Below are positions 1-13,477 of a stretch of DNA of 64,000 nt, piece by piece. Source of the DNA: Octopus sinensis. Taxonomy: Eukaryota. The stretch is from NCBI RefSeq assembly GCF_006345805.1, contig NC_042997.1:136648001-136712000 (forward strand). The letters are read 5' to 3'. The position numbers were made by a program, and so were the translations under genes. The number at the start of each line of letters is the position of its first letter. Position 1 is the stretch's first letter. Under the pieces are notes generated by a model, which saw nothing but the letters and a program-made list of their open reading frames with translations, was not told the origin of the DNA and made no database searches.

Positions 1-468
1 ATAACCCGTGGCCTCTACCTGGGATGTAGCCAGCCCACTTATGCATACCTTTCCTTCTTGTGACACAAACCCTACTTGTGAAGACCTGTTGAGGCAAGTG
101 AAAATCGAAATCTTTCAACATCAATGGAAATTGTAGCTGAGATACCAGTGCTGGTGGCACCTAAGAGATCCATCCGAACGTGGCCGTTGCCAGCGCCGCC
201 CCAACTAGCCTCCGTGCTGGTGGCACGTAAAAAGCACCATCCGATCGTGGCCATTTGCCAGCCTCGTCTGGCACCTGTGAAGGTGGCACATAAAAAGCAC
301 CCACTACACTCTCGGAGTGGTTGGCGTTAGGAAGGGCATCCAGCTGTAGAAACTCTGCCAGATCAGACTGGGCCTGGCGCAGCCTTCTGGCTTCCCAGGC
401 CCCAGTTGAACCGTCCAACCCATGCTAGCATGGAAAACGGACGTTAAACGATGATGATGATGATGATA
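1..468 (+). mobile_element. 3' end of RTE-type LINE (or RTE-tailed SINE) ending in (GAT)n
   Basis: Ends ...catggaaaacggacgttaaacg(atg)n. Shares ggtggcacgtaaaaagcac and gtggttggcgttaggaagggcatccag with the RTE tail at 11.0-11.2 kb. Confidence 0.7.
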
Positions 469-675
469 ATAGAGGGTACATTGGAATTGTGCTAAAGGCT
501 CAGGTGAGGCTGAATAGGTAATTTCAAAAATGATTACAAGAACATTTAAAATTAATCTACAATACTATAGACATCAGTCTAGAAATACTACATCCAGAAC
601 TCATATAAAACAGCTAAAATATAAACCAAAAGACAGTTCTGCTTCTTTATACCACTAATGATGAAGTTTGGAACT

Positions 676-693
676 TTAAAATAATGTACAAAG
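676..693 (-). CDS. DESI1: Probable DeSI1 terminal coding exon 6 (LCTLF*)
   Basis: 79-nt intron 694-772 with strong acceptor ctatttttgttttatttgcacag. The in-frame TAA gives a 639-nt CDS (212 aa). A further exon outside the window cannot be excluded. Confidence 0.62.
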   Translation of the reverse strand, partial: LCTLF

Positions 694-772
694 CTGTGCA
701 AATAAAACAAAAATAGTTCAGAATGTTACATATTTTTAATCATCAACATAATGAGTTTGATCACATACTTAC

Positions 773-977
773 TTCAGAAGTGGGATATGTCACAGGAGAG
801 AATGTAGCTGAATTTGAGTTAGTATTTTTAGGAGTAGAGTTCCATGTAAGTGAATTATTCTGTAACTGAGGAGAAGGTGATGATGAGGAGGAGGATGAAG
901 AACTAAACAAAGTTTTGCCACCACTTGGTTGAACAGCAATACTGTTTGACATGGTTTTCATCATACTGCCAAGGGGC
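773..977 (-). CDS. DESI1: DeSI1 exon 5 (PLGSMMKTMSNSIAVQPSGGKTLF + Ser-rich tail ...YPTSE)
   Basis: Acceptor tatttttttaaag; phase 2 in, phase 0 out at a GTAAGT donor. Resembles [20 protein letters not shown]. Confidence 0.88.
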
Positions 978-2230
978 CTTTAAAAAAATATTTAATAAAA
1001 TTAGCATATAACATTTAATAATCATACTAGTTTTATTTAAATATTAATATTTAAAAATAATGGAAACAATGAAAATTTTACAGAAGCATTTTTAAAACAT
1101 CATAATATTGGAATACACAAGCATCCTGTCCAGTCAACACCTAGACATGGTGCTTGGAAAATAAGCCAAAAGCTTGAATAAACCTATCAACCAGTTGGTA
1201 ACTTCTGAAAAGTTACAACTTTCCCAGTTCTTGTGCCTTCAGATACATTGTTGTATGAATGTGCACTATATTCAATTCTACATACTTGAAGCCGCCATAT
1301 TTTCACTTAACCTGCTAAAAATAGGAACTAAATCTCCTTCAAATTACCCCTTTTAAAAAGAATGGGAGAATGCTCTGGATAAGGTAGTTCTATATACATC
1401 TGCAAAAAAGAATAGGATGATCACAGCTGGAATATTTGATTACAACAGCAGTCAAATTTCATTCAAGTTGCACACTACCCCTTGAAAATGGACATATTGA
1501 ACAATATAGTTCTGGATACACTGTGTCTGAAGAGATGGGACAGGATCATCAAGGTTGGGATGCCTTTGATCATAAAACTGCTCAGTCAGAGCTAATTTGG
1601 GGACAGACAACACCAAACAAATCCATTTTGCTTAAATAGAGGTGATTCTCCTTCCAAATAGTATCACTTGGATATTTCATGGAATAAATGGTAAAAACAA
1701 TTTTCTGTATATTAGACAGTTTTAATCAAGGAGTGAATATCTATTCTGATGAATTTATATATAGACAAGTAAGTTGCTTTTCTGTCTGATTGCTTGATAA
1801 TTCAATACAGAACCAAATTAGGTACATAAAACAGATTGAAGTGAAGTACTGGACAGAAAATCTACAATATCAAGAACACCAAGTAAAACAACCAAATGCA
1901 ATTAGCTTGGTTTTGTTTTTTCTGTAACTTGGAATGAATGTTAATGCACACATGCAAGCATATGTTCATTCAGTTCTTAGTGTAAGTGAGTCTTAAATTG
2001 TGGACTGGTCAGAGTAATTGATTGTTGCAGACAAAATATTGATTAGTGTATATTAAAGAAAACAGCAGCAGCTCATTAGCAGAACATTTAATAATCAAGG
2101 TTCATGAAGTTGAGTACAATGAGGTTATCAAACATCAATTTTATCTATACATACAGGAAGGAAGGCTATTTGAGAACACTTATGAAACAATGCATTAAGA
2201 TGAGAAAGCAGTATAGTTTCATCTAACCAA

Positions 2231-2263
<33 letters not shown>

Positions 2264-2386
2264 TCTCTCACACACACACACACACATACATACAGATGCC
2301 TGTAGACAGACATAGAATATTTTTCACCAGAGTGCTCTTGACACACTGGACCAAATGTTTTAGTTATATACACACTGTATGAGTAT

Positions 2387-2692
2387 GTGGAGGCGCAATG
2401 GCCCAGTGGTTAGGGCAGCGGACTCCCAGTTGTAGGATCACAGTTTCAATTCCCAGACTGGGCGTTGTGAGTGTTTATTGAGTGAAAACACCTAAAGCTC
2501 CATGAGGCTCCAGCAGGGGGTGGTGGCGATCCCTGCTGTACTCTTTCACCGCAACATTCTCTCACTCTTTCTTCTGTTGGCTTGCTTGCTTAGCCAGCGG
2601 GGTGGCATCATTTCAAGGCTAAAACAATGCAAAGCACATTGTGACCAGCGATGTGTATCAACATCTGATAGCCTGATCGATCACGGTGTATG
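2387..2692 (+). mobile_element. tRNA-derived SINE (family 1), CpG-decayed copy
   Basis: A box TGGCCCAGTGG and B box GTTTCAATTCC. The head is shared with the 26.2-26.6 kb copy. Confidence 0.8.
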
Positions 2693-2954
2693 AGTATATG
2701 ACTATACTCACTATTATAGGCACATTGGACTACATGTTTTTGTCATAATCACTGTGTATATTAGAATACATACCCAGTCCATATCAAGATAATAATAGAG
2801 TGAAGGAGATAGAGAATTTCTCAATACAATGCAAGATAGTATGGTGGGGTGGAGCACTGAGTTAGTAAAAGTGCACGGTGGTATGATGCAGTACAGCATA
2901 TGTGAGGATATGTTATAGACTTGAGTTAATATAGAATGTTATAGCATTATAGTT

Positions 2955-3160
2955 TCAAATTTTGGCACAAGCCAGCAAGATCAGCTGAGGGAGTAAGTCG
3001 ATTACATCAACCCCATAGATAAACTGGTACTTATGTTATCAGCTCCAAAAAAGGCAAAGTTGACCTCGGCAAAATTTGAACTCAGAATGTAAAGATAAAC
3101 AAAATGCCACTAAGCATTTTGCACAGCATGGTAATGATTCCGCCAGCTTGCTGGCTTGAG
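2955..3160 (-). mobile_element. Degenerate SINE family 2 copy
   Basis: Reverse complement matches the 22.7 kb SINE (gagttcaaatt...gaggtc...actttgcc) with CpG decay. Confidence 0.7.
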
Positions 3161-3996
3161 TGTAATAGCATACTGCTGAGCAGATGTGGTTGTTGTTGAT
3201 TAGCTTCAAGTCAGTCCAGACAAAACAGACCTATGATGAAACACTCTAGCACTGATGTTTTTGTATTTTGTAAAATTTTATGTATTTTGGTTTACATTAT
3301 CTAATATGTTCTTCTATTTTAAATGATGGTGAAGTATAATTTCAGATAGGTTTACCAATAGATAGATCCTCTCTTATTAGCTCATGTAATTAGTGTTATA
3401 GCATGGAACATGTTACTGCCATGTGTGTCTATAGCCACACTGATTAGCCTCAGGTCAACTGGGATGAAGCAGACTTATCAAAAATGCTTCCAAATGTAGC
3501 CATCCTGTCTTTTTTTTAAGTTAGTAGGGTATGAGTTAAAGGAAATGTGGTTGCTATTTCTATAGGGTGAGCTCCTACATAAAGGCTTCTGATTGATTAT
3601 GTTTGTACATACTGGTTAAATTAAATTGCACCAATATAGATGTGTGCATGTGCGTGTGTGTGTGTGTGTGGCAGTGTATGTGTGTATGAACTGATCATAG
3701 GATCAAAGTATAATTATGTGGAAATAAACATATTGTGCAGGTATGTTTGTGTGGCTAAAAAATTCATTGCAACCATGTGGTTCTGGGTTCCATAAAACTG
3801 CACAGCACTTTGGGCAAGTACCTTCTACAATAGCCTGAGAATGAAATCTGGTACATGTAACTATGTTGAAGTCAACTAAATGTATGCATGTGAAATGGAG
3901 TAAAATACTTTGTTATTTAAGTCTTTTTAGGGAGTTACATATTGCATAAATAAATAAAAGGATCAAGAGAAAAAAAAAGTAAAAAGGTAAACTTAC

Positions 3997-4119
3997 GTGT
4001 TAGCAACTTCAGCAGGTAAATCAATGATGTATGAGGGAATTTTGTTACCAGTCAGAAACTGTGCAACTTCATTGCTAAAAGTGTTACAGTTATGGTCAAA
4101 TAGGTTGTACCTCTCAGGT
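3997..4119 (-). CDS. DESI1: DeSI1 exon 4 ([41 protein letters not shown]), catalytic Cys
   Basis: Acceptor ctctctttgacag and donor gtaagt; 123 nt. [16 protein letters not shown] is the conserved DeSI1 motif. Confidence 0.97.
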
Positions 4120-4344
4120 CTGTCAAAGAGAGCAACATGAAGAGTAGAATGTTGATATCAAATAACAAAGAATAGAGTGCTGGTATCTAACAAACAGGTA
4201 ATAGGTTATTTGAAAGGTTTATGGCAAAGAAAAATTAAAATGTAGGAACTAACATTTTAATTGCTGAAAGACTGTATATTGTAAACAAATATCAAACAAC
4301 AAAAGGAGCATAAAAACAAAGTTAACAATAATTGTTTCTAATTT

Positions 4345-4530
4345 AAGTGCAAGGTCACAATTTTAAAGGGAGAGTGTTAGTCAATTACATCAACCCAAGT
4401 ACTTGACTGGCACTTTATTATATTGACTTTGAAAAGATGAAAGCCAAAGATATCAGCAGATTTGATCTTAGAACATACAGAACTAAAAGAAATACCAAAA
4501 GGCATTTTTCTGATTCCCTAACAACTATGG
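4345..4530 (-). mobile_element. Degenerate SINE family 2 copy
   Basis: Same body motifs as the 22.7 kb SINE, heavily diverged. Confidence 0.55.
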
Positions 4531-5499
4531 CAATCCAATACCCCTATCCATATTTTTTTTTTTTTTTACCACTGCCACAAAGCAAAGAAATAGGGAACAT
4601 TACAGGGGCAGGTTACAAAAAGTGAAATCATGAAGAGTGACAGTATAAATAATATTTAAGTATGTGATGCAGGACTAACATCCAGAACTAATCAAGAACC
4701 CACCCTCCATAACCCCAAGATTATTCTGACTACTAGGAGTATGCACCTATATCAGTATACTCAGACTAGGTCTATTCAGTCAGGCCATACTTGCCTGAGA
4801 GGAATTCTTTCCTCTCTGTGTACTAAAATAAATAGAATCTGATTCAAAAGAGCTACTCTTCAAAATAGATTGCCCTTCTTCACAGTTCGTGATGTCAACT
4901 CATTTTTTTTATGAGAAAAGGTAAATGAGTCTTTAATCACAACTGATTATTTTGTAGGCCTGCCAAACAGAGTTAATACGGAGCTAAGCTGAAGGTTTGA
5001 ACAATTTTTTAAAATCAGATATGCCATAATATACATCTGGAAGATTCTGGAAGGACTTGTCCCAAACATTGGCATTGAGAGTTACACAAATACTAAAACT
5101 GGGCGCCATTGCATAGTGCCAAAGACTCCAAATTTGCCATCAAGATGTAGGACAAGAAGGTCCACAGCTCTTCAATATCTTCCCAAAGGACCTGAGAGAC
5201 CTGCATGGGGTGGATGTAGGTGTCTTCAAAATAAAGCTGGACCTCTTCCTGTCAGGTGTCCCAGATGAACCAACTTTGCAACAGGAGGTGCAGATGAGGG
5301 CAGCTGCATCAAACTCTCTCATGCACCAAATGTCAACTGCTAAAAAACATTTGTGAAGTAAAATCATGTAGCAACACCAAATGGCAGTGCCCAGCATGGC
5401 CACAGCTTGTGAGCTGAAACTAGATGAAATAATGAAATAATAAGATAATAATGATAATAGTAATGTATCACAATTATAAGATAAAACAGACAAACTTAC

Positions 5500-5609
5500 T
5501 TGAACTGATCATTCGATAGACCATATAAAAAGTCTGTAAACACATCACAACTAATGCTGGTTGTCCCAAGAGTTTTTATTGTGTCTGGTTGTCCTATGAT
5601 GGTTTGGGC
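5500..5609 (-). CDS. DESI1: DeSI1 exon 3 (AQTIIGQPDTIKTLGTTSISCDVFTDFLYGLSNDQF-K)
   Basis: Acceptor cattttttaag and donor gtaagt; 110 nt, phase 0 to 2. Resembles GTLLGPPDSVVDVGSTEV. Confidence 0.93.
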
Positions 5610-5774
5610 CTTAAAAAATGGAAATAATTGAAATTTTTAATGAACACAAAACTGGAGTAAGCAAGATACAACGATTTTTTATCTTAATATATATCCTTAT
5701 GTAAAAACAGTTTCAACAAACATCTAAATTGTCACTCCTGCCCCTATTGACATTTTGATAACTTCCCAGATATA

Positions 5775-6182
5775 TACCATTTCATATTCAATATTAGAAT
5801 AATTCCATCTAAAACAGACTAATTCCATTCAAAATGAGAATAAAAAATACAGCATTTTGCTTTATTTGTGTATCACTAATAAACATATTTTTCCATTATA
5901 TCATTCCATTCATTGTCAATTTATTCACTAAGTTTATTTGTATATCATTTATTTCCAAAATGCATATTACATACAATATAGTATGAGTATTTTGTTGGAA
6001 ATAAATAAAGCATAAATTTAGTGAATAAATTGACAATGACTGGAATGATATAATGTAAAAATTTGTTCATTATTAGTCATACACAAATAATTAAAGCAAA
6101 ATGCTGTATTTTTTATTCTCATTTTTAATATAATTATTCCATTTTAAATGGAATCATTCTCATATAGACTGTGAAATGGTAC
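5775..6182. repeat. AT-rich foldback palindrome (MITE-like) in DESI1 intron 2
   Basis: aaaatgagaataaaaaatacagcattttgcttt...ttcactaa is mirrored by ttagtgaa...aaagcaaaatgctgtattttttattctcatttt; arms ~180 bp. Confidence 0.8.
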
Positions 6183-6739
6183 AGTCATTGAATAAGGCAG
6201 GAATGCATGTGATGTCATTATTTGGGATGGGGGGAACCTATCTTCAATTTTGGAAAAATAACAGAAATGCATGATAGCCAAAACAATAGTATTTTGTAAA
6301 ATGAGCAATATTTTGATGTGCACCAATGCAGTAACCAATTTGCAGTAGCTGTATTGTGATACCAATACAGTGATACTATGAATGTGTATACCAGTTGAGC
6401 TTAGAGAGAACATTGTCTTTGACTAGAGGTCTACTTGATCAGGGTTAAACAACACCAGAAACAGAAAGAAGAAGTTCTGACAACCAGTAGCCTTCTTCAA
6501 TCATAACTGAATACCATCTTTAAAAAATTTAAGACAGTATGTGATATGAGAGAGATTTGGCTATTTCTAGTGAGTTAAACCACAAATCAAGGATTCCTCA
6601 AACTTTCAGTTTCAAGATAGGAATGCATTCAGTTGTAACAATACAAAAAATGTTATCTGATCAAACTGCTTTTTTTTTTTTTTTTTTTTAACAAAATGCT
6701 GTAAGTCTTAAGATATAAAAATCAAAATGGATCACTTAC

Positions 6740-6831
6740 CGGTTCACAATAAGAAATTCCATTTGCTCCAAAATAGTATTCCATGCCAAAAACAACTATA
6801 GCAGTATGCCATATACCATCAATTTGTTTAC
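6740..6831 (-). CDS. DESI1: DeSI1 exon 2 ([31 protein letters not shown]), catalytic His
   Basis: Acceptor ctctctcatttcaag and donor gtaag; 92 nt completes phase 1. Carries the PPPDE-family GIWHT motif. Confidence 0.96.
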
Positions 6832-8169
6832 CTTGAAATGAGAGAGGAGAAAAAAAAATGTTAATGTTTTCAACTAACACTGATTATAAGTTTGAAATTT
6901 AGTGACCAACTCCTTGAAAAAGAAGCACGGATAACACACATACACAAGCTCATTTACTCTTTCCTCATTTATAAATTTAAGGCCTTGATCCTATAAAACA
7001 GATCAATATTATTTGTTAAATAGGCAATGAATTGACAAACACAGAACATTACATTAAATGCCATACAGCATTTAAATTGACGTCTATGCTTTGAGTTTAG
7101 ATACCACTTTTTTAACCAATGATAAAATAGGCATCAGATATATTCTAAGGTTAATTATATTGTCTATATTTCCTCTTCCATATATATTTGTGACCTTTTA
7201 TAGTGATAAGAAACCCACACTGTTTGTATTCAATGTTATTAATGTTAAGCCCAAGACAGCCTCAATCAAGGTGTCCTACAATCAAAGAGGTGCTAGTTGC
7301 CACCACCCTTTTTAGACAGTTTATCACAGGTTGCATTATTCAATGTCCTCCTCTTTTTTTAATACCATAGAATGTGATTCAAGAGAGATTTGCCTGATCT
7401 TTCTAGCAATCCAAGTTTCCTTCTCTGACTCATAGTCAATTTTGTTATTTAACCCCAGGTCAGTAATGATGGAGTAGACCTGTGATCACAGACATTCCAG
7501 ACACAATCATCTGTATCTTTGCATATACAGGACTACATTATCTAATGTGGTCCTTCTTTAAGATAAGAGGACACATTGAGGGAGATGAGGATGCTATTTC
7601 TAGCAGAACAATTGATAATATAGAGGCAGACCATGTTAAACCATCTTTTTTCTTATATGAGGTATAAACCTGAAATTTTACACGAAACAGAAACTGTTGT
7701 GTTGTAACATTCATGTTTATTTGAAAGAGCATTAACAATGTGAACTAGCTTGAACCAGAAATCAAAAAAGAATCAAAAATTATGTTAGCCAAGAGATCAA
7801 TGTATGGTAGTTACCATCTTAAATGTTGGTTCGCAGAAAGTATTAAAGTAGCAAAGATAGCAGATATTTAATCATATCTAGTTTGCTTTCTCACAGTCAA
7901 GAGTTCTAATTACATAATGGTTAAATTTGTACTTTCACCCAGGAAAGAATGTACCAATAAAATATTGTTTTAAACATTTACCCCCTCCAAAGCCGTGAGA
8001 GACCCTTGACAGTCAGAACATTAGTGTATCATATATAACATTCCCACATGCCTTAATACCTATTCATGATAGCTAAGTGTACAGTAATGAACCATTTTAA
8101 TCAGTAATACCTATTTACAGTTTAGTGAAGTGGGTCAAATGAGAGTTACATGTATTGGCTATGAAATTG

Positions 8170-11100
8170 TGGACTAGGTCATGAAGGTTATAGAGGGTCA
8201 AAACTCAACTAATTAGGAAGAGAGTTAACCTAGATGAGATGCAGTTTGGTTTTGTGCCAGGAAGAAGCACAACTGATGCTATCTTTCTGGTAAGGCAACT
8301 GCAAGAGCAGCATTTAGCCAAAAATAAACCTCTATACTTGGCTTTCACCACTAGTGACAGAATTTTTTTTTAAATTGCTAACTTCTCAGGTATTTGTCTG
8401 AAACCCCATGAATTGACTGTGTCTATTACAATTCATTTAATTTGAGAAGATAATAACATACAAAATAGAGGACAACTGCAGGTTCCTATGTGACAACTTA
8501 ATCACAACTTAATGAGGGCCACTGACTGAATTTGTGGCTGTTCATCCCAGACCTTAGGTGACATGGTGGTAGAACAGTGTGGTAGACAGGGACATAAAAG
8601 CAAAGAAATGGGACTGGAAGAGTTATGGTAGCAGAGAACTATATCAGGTAGCTAGAAGGGAAGATAAAATACAGGTATATTTAGTTAAGGAAGAAACAGA
8701 AAGGAAGAAGCTTACCAATTTCTGCAGTGTAAGGACCAGAGTCTTGAGGTGTTTGGGATAGCTAGACAGTGTATCAGAGAAAATTATGATGTTGTAAGAG
8801 AGAATTGCATCCACATAGATAACAGCACACTTGCAGTTAGTGATTCTACAAGAGGCTTGAAAATGCCACTATGAATGGCTGCTTAATTTAGAGAATGCAT
8901 GAGAAGAGAGTCTGTTTAATGTGGACCCAACAGAGGGATCAGCTAACCAAATTGACAGTAGCTTGGTAAATAAAACAATTAAGGATATAAAGACAGGGAA
9001 AGCCCCCAGCTCTTCAGAAATCACTTCTGAGATACTTAAAATATCTGGTGGAGTGGGATGTGGCCTAGTCACCTGTATACTTAATCAGGTTGTCTACAAA
9101 GGAGTCATACCCAATGGCTGGTGTCATTATTATAATCAACTGCTATAAAGGTAAAGGTGATACCTTAGGCAGAAAAAGTGACAGAGGTATCAAATTGTTG
9201 GACAAGGTCATGAAAGTTATAGAGGGTCAAAACTCAACTAATTAGGAAGAGAGTTAACCTAGATGAGATGCAGTTTGGTTTTGTGCCAGGAAGAAACACT
9301 ACTGATGCTATCTTTCTGGTAAGGCAACTGCAGGAGTGGCATTTAGCCAAAAATAAACCTCTATACTTGGCTTTCATCAATATGGCAAAAGCTTTTCATA
9401 GGATTCCCCACTCACTCATCTGGTGGTCAATGTGAAAGCTAGACGTAAATGAGTGGTTGGTGAGAGCTGTACAAGCCATGTACAAGGATGCTATCAATAA
9501 GGTGAAGGTCAGCAATGAGTAATGAATTTAGGGTACAAGTAGGAGTCACCAAGGATCAGTTCTCATCCCACTTCTTTTCTGCTTCTCCCCTAGCTAAATA
9601 TACCTGTCTTCTCGCTTCCCTTCAAGCTACCTGATATAGTTCTCTGCTACCGTCATTCCTCCAGTCATTCAAGGCCCATTTCTTCACTCTAACAGCCCTG
9701 TCTACTTTACTGTTATGGCCTGAATAGTTAAAAAAGATATTGGTAGAAACTCCATAAAGTGTACCTAATACAAGGCTATGGACAAATAAGAGAAGCATCA
9801 ATATCACAGGAAGGTTAACAGAGAAAGTAGTCTTTGTGTGTGGCAGATGTGTAGGTACAATAAAAACTAAGAATGTACAGAAAACAGACTTCCTCAAATG
9901 TCCAAGGGTATCCTTAGAAGTAGTAGATAGCTTCCATTATCTAGGCAACCAAGTTAGCAGTAGAGGAGCAAGCTCTGAAAGCATAGTTTCTAGAATAAGG
10001 AGAGGCTGGGTAAATTTCAGAGAGCTACTACCTTGGTAACAAAGGGCCTTGTCCACAAAGTGAAAGGCAGATTGTATGAGGCTTATGAACAAAAAGCTAT
10101 GCTACATGACTGAAACATGGGCAGTGACTACAGAAGACATGGTTTGAAAGAAATGAAGCCAGCATGCTCTGCTGGATGAGTAATGTCAGTGTCCATGTAC
10201 AAGAGTGTAAACAATTTAAGAGAAAAATTGGGTATAATAAGCATTAGATGTAATGTGCAAGAGCAAAGACTGTGCTGGTATGGTTATGTGATGTGTATGA
10301 ATGAGGACAGCTGCATAAAGAAGTACTGATCTCTAATTGTGGAAGGAGAAGACTCAGGAAGAAGTGAGACAAAGTGGTAAGAAATGATCTTCAGAAGTTG
10401 AGCCTCACAGAAGAGATGACAAGTCTCAGTCACTTGTCATCTCCTCTGTGAGGCTCTGTGACTGAGACTTCTGCCAATTTGCTGTGCTTGAGAAGACACA
10501 TCAAGCTAAGTTAAATCGTGGCCATCCATGCATACAGGCATGTCCTTTACAGCCATACACACTAAATCTGTCCTCTGTCAAAATTCACCCACTGCCTACT
10601 GCAAACCCCTTCACTTTATATAAAGTGCCTATCTGCACACTCTCCATGCCCTCACATAGCAACCATACCCCACTCCCAGCCACTCTAATTCTCACCATCA
10701 CTTGCTGCCTCTCCTGCCACTCAATTCCTCCCAACATCACTTGCTATCTCTAAACATCTCCCCTCACACTTTTATGAAACATCCCCTCTGTACTACTTAT
10801 ACTACCCACCACTGTTTTCTGTGAGTAGGTCTCTTTTCTCTCTCTCACCCACCTTCCTTGTCCTATTGAGATAACCAAATATCTCCTCCATAGTAAGAGA
10901 GCTAGCTCTGTCCCTCTATCATACTCCAATCTTTCATCTGGTACGCAGCCAGTTCTCTCAGTTCCACTCCCTCACTTGGCTAAGAGGTCTTTGTCTTGCA
11001 AGCTACTTGGCAACCCCATGGATGCTGGTGCCACATAAAAAGCATTGGTGTTAGTTCCACATAAAAAGCACTGGTGCTGGTGTCACACAAAATGCATTGG

Positions 11101-11215
11101 TGCTGATACCACATAAAACGCACTGGTGCTGGTGCCACATAAAAAGCATTGGCACCACAAAAAAACACCCAGTACACCCTGTAAAGTGGTTGGCATTAGG
11201 AAGGGCATCCAGGGG
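8170..11215 (+). mobile_element. Degenerate, rearranged RTE-clade LINE (RT fragments, 3'UTR with ~26-bp minisatellite)
   Basis: Encodes LDEMQFGFVPGRSTTDAIFLVRQLQE and VGVTKDQF-like RT fragments with many stops. Tail matches 1-468. Confidence 0.85.
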
Positions 11216-11765
11216 GTGGGGAGGAGGGGGAAGAAGGGGAGCGGGAGGAGGGGAGCGGGAAGGGAGAGGAGGAAAAAGAGGAGGATGAAGGAGGGGGAGA
11301 AGGAGGAGGGGGGGGGGGGGTGATATGTAATTTTTTTTAACTAAGTTTTTTACTCTCTTACTTAGCCCATCTGTAATTGCATACAATAATGCATAAAATA
11401 AAATGTATTACATAATACTAGTAATTCTAAATACTAGTAATTCCAATGTGGGATGGGTGATGCTACCATTACCCATCCCACAGATAAACTCACAATCAGT
11501 TGATAAGTCAAGGAGTGTCTGTATTGATATAATGCTAAATAACCAAGTTGAAATTGAATCAGTCCAGAATTTCAAAGTTAGTATAACACTAAGTCACTTT
11601 CTAGTAGCTCAAAATTTGAAAAGTTATGAGTCAGTCTTGTAATTTAATACTGGTATGAAAAGCTCAACAACAACCCAATACTGCTGAATCATTCATTTCC
11701 AAGTAGATCAATACTGGCATAGTGCTGAATCACTTCCTGTTGCCCAAATATTGGTGTTATACTAA

Positions 11766-13477
11766 TAGCGTTTCCCAAACTTTTTGCGTCAAATTGCAAT
11801 ATCGTGCACTTATCAGCCAAAAATTGCTCTATTGCCCACCTGAGTAGAAAAAAACCTGATACAATCATCCCCTAACACTAAATCCCCTAAGAGAACCCTC
11901 TCCCCTTGTATCATTTGACACACTATATTGTAGACTCATTGCCTGGTTAGTGCCATTTGGATTAAATATGTGGTTGTTTACAAATCCCTTATTGTGGGTT
12001 TAGTTTTGCTGTAAGTGTGAATAAAATTCTAACGTTAAGTTTATATTATGCAGACAGATTAACTTTGGTAAACTTTCACTTTCTTTTACACTGATTTTTA
12101 TTTTCCCCAGATCAGAACTACTGATGCAAAAATAATTAATGATTATATTATAAAGGAAATGAATACAACTTTTTAATGAGAGCCATGTGTCTGGTCAATG
12201 CAGCTACTGCAGATACATTCAGTTTCAAACTTGTCAACTTTAGCCTCAGTCTCTTCGTTGTGTCACATCCAGTTCAATTCTTTTATGGGAAAGTAAATTC
12301 TAACATGACAAAAACCAGATTCAACCAGGTACGAGGTAGGGAAGGCAAGCAAAAGTAATTTCAGATGTTTCCAGATTGGGGTAGGAATTCAATATACTTT
12401 GATGCTACCACAAACCTTTGCCATTACAATGATATCACATTGTGGCGTCGTCGTCATTTTGTAATTCTATCAATTCCTCCAGAATGTCATCCTCACAATC
12501 GACTGTATTGATCTCAAATGGATTGCTATACCAATTTCGAATATTCAGTGCAATAACATCTTGAAATCACTCCATCATGTCATCAACCAATTTATATTTC
12601 AAAGAGTCAACTTGTAAAAATTGAAACAATTGACATTTTGAAATGTTAGTCTTATACAGCACCAATTTTGAAATGAAGGTAGTGGTAAATGATTTACAAT
12701 CAATGAGTGTTTTTCTGTTTCCTTGCAATAACATGTTCAAATCATTTAATTTTGTGAATATATCACAAAGAAAAAAGATATTGCACCTTGCAACCATCAA
12801 TGAAGTGGATAGATGAATATCTTCATAGAAAGATATGATTATATGAAACAGTTCAACAAAGCATAAAACACAGTTTTTCAACTTTTTCCAGAAAAATGTT
12901 TTTAATAAGTTATAGAGGTTTAAAGTTTGATCATTTTCACCCAGTCAAGAAACACAATTTTGTCAACATCCTGAAAATAGCACTTGTGTATGAAACCGGA
13001 GAATTACGCACAACATACAACCCCCTCATAACTTTTTTATTTGTCCAAGTTTTCAGAAAATTCTTGCAAACTTGTATTCTACACGTGGGACTTCATACAA
13101 TTATGCCAAAAAAACAAAATATTTGATGGAGCATGATTTAAGGCCAAGGCCTATTTGGCTGGTATTTTTAGCAAATATGACAACCATCTCAATGACTATG
13201 TAATAAAAATATTCAGTTGATAAGCAAGACCACTTTTATAATACAAAGGGATGTCTCATGGGAGTAGTCAAATCGATAAAAATGCATCCTTATTCTAGGC
13301 ATGCCTAGATATAAGTAAATGCAGAACAAATTTCTAGAAATTCTTTGCCACCCACAAAATGTTCACATCCCCCACCAAAATCTCAAATCACCCACCATTT
13401 TCTAAAAAGTCAACCATTGCCCACCTGTAAGTTGAAATTGCTCACTGGTGGGCGATATCGCCCACTTTCAGAAGCTA
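11766..13477 (-). mobile_element. Degenerate hAT (Charlie/Buster-like) DNA transposon
   Basis: ORF 12567-12881 CDIFTKLNDLNMLLQG...FISKLVLYK resembles hAT transposases. Termini tagcgtttccc / tttcagaagcta; flanks TATACTAA / TGTACTAA. Confidence 0.6.

Noticed and set aside
761-964. Stand-alone 67-aa ORF
   Set aside because: It is DESI1 exon 5 read from an internal Met into the intron.
2387-2465. tRNA gene-like sequences here and at 26540-26617 and 27772-27840
   Set aside because: A/B boxes are present but continue into repeat bodies without a proper acceptor stem or terminator; these are SINE heads.
10999-11160. CRISPR-like array of ~26-bp repeats
   Set aside because: No unique spacers and eukaryotic context; a minisatellite in the RTE 3'UTR.
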